Positions 38,015-42,214 of a stretch of 42,214 bases of DNA are shown piece after piece (the first letter of the stretch is position 1; every line of letters starts with the position of its first letter). The position numbers were made by a program, and so were the translations under genes. The notes under the pieces are model-generated. The model saw only the letters and a list, made by a program, of their open reading frames with translations, was not told the origin of the DNA and did not search any database. This DNA comes from an uncultured Pseudomonadota bacterium (lineage in GTDB: Bacteria; Babelota; Babeliae; Babelales; JAUPTZ01), in the NCBI GenBank assembly GCA_964429275.1, contig CAYSBJ010000002.1, forward strand, positions 240,245 to 282,458, in the 5' to 3' direction.

Positions 38015-38089
38015 ACAAAAATGTTCTGATTAGCGATATACTCATGCTATGGTAGCCCAATAATTAACCGCAACCCAAAAGGCTTACCT

Positions 38090-39010
38090 ATGCGCACTCA
38101 CTCAATTCTGAGCATACCCCTTATTCTTTTGTATATCACCGGCTGCGCCCTCACAAATCAAACGGTTAAAAAAGATATCGAATACCCGCTTACTGTAAAA
38201 ATAAGGAATATTACAAAACGACCACTCTACACTGCTTGCTTTAGCTATATGAAAAAAGGAGAATCTCCACGCTGGCACTGGCAAAAAAGCAGTGTACATG
38301 AATTACTCCCGGAAAAAGATGTCATTATTACCATCGATACTTTTAGATCAAAACGCACAGTACCTGAAATATTCGGGGTCCTGGGTGTCTTTACTGGGCA
38401 TCAAGAAGCAGAAAACTCCATTTACGAGATTCTGCCTGACACAAATAAAATAGATCTTGATCGCATCGACAAACTCCAAGACAAAACCATCATACTGGGC
38501 ATAGAAAAATATGGTGTTGTCGGAGATATTTTTGATTATAGCTTTGTCCCTGACTCTGGCCACAGCCCTGATGTCCCAGACCTTGATTTCGAAGTAGAAA
38601 ATCAAACAGGAAGGCCGCTCTACATTACCGCCTTCGTCTATGAGAAAAAGAATGATATGCCTATATGGAACTACGACAAATCTCCCATAATTCGCGTTGA
38701 GCCAGGTCAAACACACTCTATTAACGTTGACGGTGTTACGACTGCCTATGACCGAAAATACGCCCGCGGATTCCTCGCAATCTTTGATGAGTCTGAACGA
38801 AAAGAGGCCTACGATTCCACTTATCAGCTGCTAAAAGACCATCAAAAGATAAATATTGGCCTCCTCGCAGCGCTTGCCGGTAGAAAAGTGATTCTAAATG
38901 ATCAAAAATATGGCATACTAGGGGATGTCATAGACTTTGTAGTAAAAGATCCACGTAAAATATCGAATTCAAAAAGTGAAAACATCAAATTTCAACCACG
39001 ATACACTTAG
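38090..39010 (+). CDS. Hypothetical lipoprotein with two internally duplicated domains
   Basis: Lipobox ITGC; halves align (RNITKRPLY/ENQTGRPLY; WHWQKS/WNYDKS; KYGVVGDIFDY/KYGILGDVIDF). Confidence 0.75.
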   Translation: MRTHSILSIPLILLYITGCALTNQTVKKDIEYPLTVKIRNITKRPLYTACFSYMKKGESPRWHWQKSSVHELLPEKDVIITIDTFRSKRTVPEIFGVLGVFTGHQEAENSIYEILPDTNKIDLDRIDKLQDKTIILGIEKYGVVGDIFDYSFVPDSGHSPDVPDLDFEVENQTGRPLYITAFVYEKKNDMPIWNYDKSPIIRVEPGQTHSINVDGVTTAYDRKYARGFLAIFDESERKEAYDSTYQLLKDHQKINIGLLAALAGRKVILNDQKYGILGDVIDFVVKDPRKISNSKSENIKFQPRYT

Positions 39011-39890
39011 TACGTACCACACAACAGTACTCCTTGAAGAAGCAGTCGAACATCTTGCCCTTAAGCCTGGGGGGACTTATCTAGACGCAACCTTCGGCGG
39101 CGGCGGCCATACCCGCAAAATTCTTGAAACTGATCCAACCTGTCGGGTTATTGCCCTCGACTGGGACAAGGAAGCAATTCAACGAAATGCTCCCGCCCTT
39201 GAACAGGAATTCGGCGACCGCTTTATCGCAGAATGGGGGAATTTTGCCCATTGTTATAAATTGTTAAAGAAACACAATATCACCAAATTAGACGGCGTCC
39301 TTGCCGACTTTGGCACCTCGGCATTCCAGATTCGCCATGAAGACGGCTTTTCCTTTAATAAGGACACCCCGCTTGATATGCGCATGTCAAAAGGCCATCA
39401 TTATTTTAATGCAGCCTACATTGTTAACCGCTTCTCACAAGAACAAATAGCTGACATCATCTACAAATACGGAGAAGACCCGTTATCACGCAAAATTGCA
39501 GCAGCCATTGTAGCGGCACGAACTACCGGCACCAAATTTGAAACCACCAAGCAATTGGCCGATCTTGTCCAAAAATTGGTTCCAGTACGTGGCTACCAGC
39601 GAATTCACCCGGCAACCAAGACTTTTCAGGCTCTTCGTATTTTTGTAAACAAAGAGCTGGAGAACATTGAGCTTTTCCTGAAAAATGTACTTCCGCTGGT
39701 GAAACAAGAAGGAACCATTGTTTGCATCAGCTTCCACTCATTAGAAGACCGAATCGTAAAAGACTTTTTCCGGAATCACCCGATGGAACTGGAGACAATA
39801 ACCCGCAAGCCAATCACCCCGGGCGAGGAAGAGATTTCTCGCAACCGGGCCTCTCGCTCGGCAAAGCTGCGAGTGGCAAAAAAACGGTAG
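38976..39890 (+). CDS. rsmH: 16S rRNA m4C1402 methyltransferase
   Basis: HTTVLLEE, DATFGGGGH, PLDMRM, HPATKTFQALRIFVN.EL, ISFHSLEDRIVK, SRSAKLR. Confidence 0.96.
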   Translation: MKTSNFNHDTLSTYHTTVLLEEAVEHLALKPGGTYLDATFGGGGHTRKILETDPTCRVIALDWDKEAIQRNAPALEQEFGDRFIAEWGNFAHCYKLLKKHNITKLDGVLADFGTSAFQIRHEDGFSFNKDTPLDMRMSKGHHYFNAAYIVNRFSQEQIADIIYKYGEDPLSRKIAAAIVAARTTGTKFETTKQLADLVQKLVPVRGYQRIHPATKTFQALRIFVNKELENIELFLKNVLPLVKQEGTIVCISFHSLEDRIVKDFFRNHPMELETITRKPITPGEEEISRNRASRSAKLRVAKKR

Positions 39891-39926
39891 GTCTGGCAAA
39901 AATGACCGCGAAATGTCATCCTACTC

Positions 39927-39955
39927 TTGACAATGAAAGCCAGAATTCGTATCAT
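39927..39955 (+). promoter_or_regulatory. Sigma70 promoter upstream of the spoVG leader
   Basis: TTGACA-17 nt-TATCAT. Confidence 0.7.
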
Positions 39956-40161
39956 CCGGCTACACAACGTACAGCAGCTCCGTAAAACAGTTCTGCGTGT
40001 GGTGAGCTATATTCGGCACGACACCAAGACATGAATAACTCATACGATTTTTGACACCAGCTCTTGTGGTTAACCGGGTATACTGGAGCCGTGACGGTGC
40101 ATACGCACCTGAATGGTTATAACTTAGTTATAACAAGCAACAGTATTATCTTGGGATATCA

Positions 40162-40503
40162 ATGGAAATTACAGAGGTAAAGATCTACCCGGTTTCTCTT
40201 GGCGGACGACTACGAGCATACGTAAGTTTAACGTTCGATAACAGTTTTATTGTTCGCGAAGTTAAGCTTGTAGAAAGCGCTCTTGGATTGTTTGTCTCAA
40301 TGCCTTCTCGGCGGAAAAAAGACGGAACCTTTAAAGACATCGCGCATCCGCTTAACAACGAAATGCGCCAAATAATAGAACGTAAAGTTTTAGAAGCTTA
40401 CAACAATGCCCAGACTTCCGGATTTCCTGAACGAAATACTGAAGAAGTTGAAGATGTTGAGGTAGAAGATGAAACGAAAGTTGAAGAAAAAAAAATAGAG
40501 TAG
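40162..40503 (+). CDS. spoVG: SpoVG family nucleic-acid-binding protein
   Basis: MEITEVKI, LRAYVSLTFDNSFIV, GLFVSMPSRRKKDGTFKDIAHPLN; acidic tail. Confidence 0.95.
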   Translation: MEITEVKIYPVSLGGRLRAYVSLTFDNSFIVREVKLVESALGLFVSMPSRRKKDGTFKDIAHPLNNEMRQIIERKVLEAYNNAQTSGFPERNTEEVEDVEVEDETKVEEKKIE

Positions 40504-40528
40504 TATACTGCGCCGCATAAAAATTTGC

Positions 40529-40603
40529 TGGGGCGTCGCCAAGTGGTAAGGCAGCGGTTTTTGGAGCCGCCATTCGGAGGTTCGATCCCTTCCGCCCCAG
40601 CCA
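40529..40603 (+). tRNA. tRNA-Gln (anticodon TTG)
   Basis: TGGGGCG acceptor stem, D-loop AAGTGGTAAG, anticodon arm GCGGT-TTTTGGA-GCCGC, GGTTCGATCC T-arm, encoded CCA. Confidence 0.97.
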
Positions 40604-40610
40604 AAGATTG

Positions 40611-40646
40611 AAAGAGGTTTGACCGAAAGGTTAAGCCTCTTTTTTT
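40611..40646 (+). terminator. Rho-independent terminator after tRNA-Gln
   Basis: AAAGAGGTTTGACC-GAAA-GGTTAAGCCTCTTTTTTT. Confidence 0.85.
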
Positions 40647-40694
40647 ATGTACCCATTCCATTGCCCTTGACCAAAGATCGCAAAGATCGCAGCA

Positions 40695-42017
40695 CTAAAG
40701 CACGATCGAGGAGCCAGCAGCCCCTAATTTTAGAAATGCGTTCATAGCAGACTCCCGGATTGAAGCAATTTTCTGATCTAATTTTACACGATATTGGTCA
40801 CCGGCCGGAAGCCATGACTTTGCACACATAAGCTCGCGCACTCTACTCGTATCTTTAAATACCGCGGTAGAGAGCCCCACTAAGCTGGAAGCTGAGGGGA
40901 TCTCTGACACCGGCACGGCAAGATCGTTTGCCATCCTTCTTGCATCCGCAGCCTTTGCTACACGATATTCCTGAATAATTTCAGCTGCCACTGAGGCCAT
41001 TTCCTTATTCTGTGCAGCAAGAACCAGCAAGGTCTCTGGCATCGGAGGGGGAGTTCGCTTAACCCCAGCAATCCTAGGATCGTTAATCAAGATCCATAAG
41101 CTAAACTGGCTTTTCTTTTCAATTTCAAGCAAGTGAGATCGATACGAAGCTAATTCCTGTGGAGTGAGAAGCGCCTGCATTTTGGGAAATTGCTTCGTTG
41201 GCAATTCGCCCCCGAGCTTGGTCCAAAGAATAAATGCATTTTCTTCGCTGCGCAAATCTGCTGCCATACCAGGACTTCCTGCTTCTGCTGCGAGCAATTT
41301 AGCCTTAATAGCTTGTGCACGTTTTTCATTCAAAAGAGGCCCTTCCTGGCCGGCCCAAAGTGCTTGCGAGAACTTATCAGGATCTACTTGCTGACCATTC
41401 AATAATTGATCAATAAATGTTCGAGATGATTTCTCCCCTTGCACTGCCAATTGCTCAATCCTCTTTATCTCCAGATTATACGAGCGTCCATGACCATGCT
41501 TTTTTGCATCCGCCTCCAGTTCCGCCAGTGTCCAATTTCCTTTCGGATTTACCGACTCTCCTCTCAATTTTCGTATGTATTCAAAGGGTTCCAACCCGCT
41601 TGTAGTAATCTTGTAGCTCAAGCTATTGTGCACTAAATATCCAAGAACCGCAGCGCTAACACCTATTGCTGTCCCAGCCAACAAACAACGAAACGCTGCT
41701 CGCACTGCCGGATCGTCCATTCGTTTCGAAAATCCTGCAATAATGCCGCCGTGTTCGCTTGAGAGAATCTTCTTTGCCGCGGCACGCTTTTCTTCTGTTG
41801 AAAGGCCTTTATAGAACTTACTCAACGCACCTAACGTAAGAGCACCGGCAACTGCATACCCAACCTTCTTGGTAGTCAGAAAGTGGTCTCTGTCCAAGAC
41901 CGGTATTTCTTTAGATTGTGGCGTACCCTGTGCACCCGATTGCACAACATCGGTTGCTACCACGCTCGAGGCAAGCCCCAAAAGCCCAATGCACAGTAAT
42001 TGTATTTGCTTATTCAT
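40695..42017 (-). CDS. Exported/membrane hypothetical protein
   Basis: 440-aa ORF with a signal peptide and two Gly/Ala-rich hydrophobic segments; no family recognised. Confidence 0.7.
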   Translation of the reverse strand: MNKQIQLLCIGLLGLASSVVATDVVQSGAQGTPQSKEIPVLDRDHFLTTKKVGYAVAGALTLGALSKFYKGLSTEEKRAAAKKILSSEHGGIIAGFSKRMDDPAVRAAFRCLLAGTAIGVSAAVLGYLVHNSLSYKITTSGLEPFEYIRKLRGESVNPKGNWTLAELEADAKKHGHGRSYNLEIKRIEQLAVQGEKSSRTFIDQLLNGQQVDPDKFSQALWAGQEGPLLNEKRAQAIKAKLLAAEAGSPGMAADLRSEENAFILWTKLGGELPTKQFPKMQALLTPQELASYRSHLLEIEKKSQFSLWILINDPRIAGVKRTPPPMPETLLVLAAQNKEMASVAAEIIQEYRVAKAADARRMANDLAVPVSEIPSASSLVGLSTAVFKDTSRVRELMCAKSWLPAGDQYRVKLDQKIASIRESAMNAFLKLGAAGSSIVL

Positions 42018-42214
42018 CCCGTTTCCTCTTTATCTTTGAACTGACTCGCAAACCGGATCTTAAAAATCAATATTTTTAATCGTGTCAGCTATATAGTATG
42101 CTTATTTGTATACAGAAAAAAGAACGGATCGACTTTTCCCATCAAAAATCTAAGGCAAGCCTAAGCTTTCTTCCCTTTCTCCGGCAATACCGACTCATAT
42201 AATGAATGCAGCAA

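Overview
Bacterial chromosomal scaffold segment with one 100-N gap at 35328-35427. The gene content (Sel1 proteins, many orphan exported proteins, archaeal/eukaryote-type ProRS, CarD, SpoVG, signal-anchored AAA+ ATPase) suggests a host-associated, reduced-genome lineage, most likely Candidatus Dependentiae/Babelota (TM6); this is inference, not a database result. The housekeeping backbone comprises recF, dnaN, xerD, proS, gmk, ymdB, zapA/zapB-like, rplT-rpmI-infC, recA, ppiD, miaA, carD, dnaK, an M3 peptidase, dnaA, rsmH, spoVG and tRNA-Gln. The best candidate for an undescribed system is a tight three-gene minus-strand operon (7687-11925): a membrane-anchored Venus-flytrap (PBP type 1) binding protein, a pentameric ligand-gated ion channel (ELIC/GLIC-like, with unusual M2 residues) and a membrane-anchored, catalytically degenerate PPP-family phosphatase. 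Other highlights: (1) a dif-like XerCD site about 35 kb from a dnaA gene that shows no sign of an adjacent oriC; (2) a small promoter/terminator-bounded sRNA candidate beside that dif site; (3) an accessory island at 24.2-28.6 kb with a G-depleted heptamer array, a GC-rich structured element, four tandem MazG-like NTP pyrophosphatases around a ybaK-family pseudogene, and a 558-bp IS200 inserted in frame into a DUF1016-N gene; (4) a secreted protein with 51-aa (11-11-11-11-7) repeats split by the gap.
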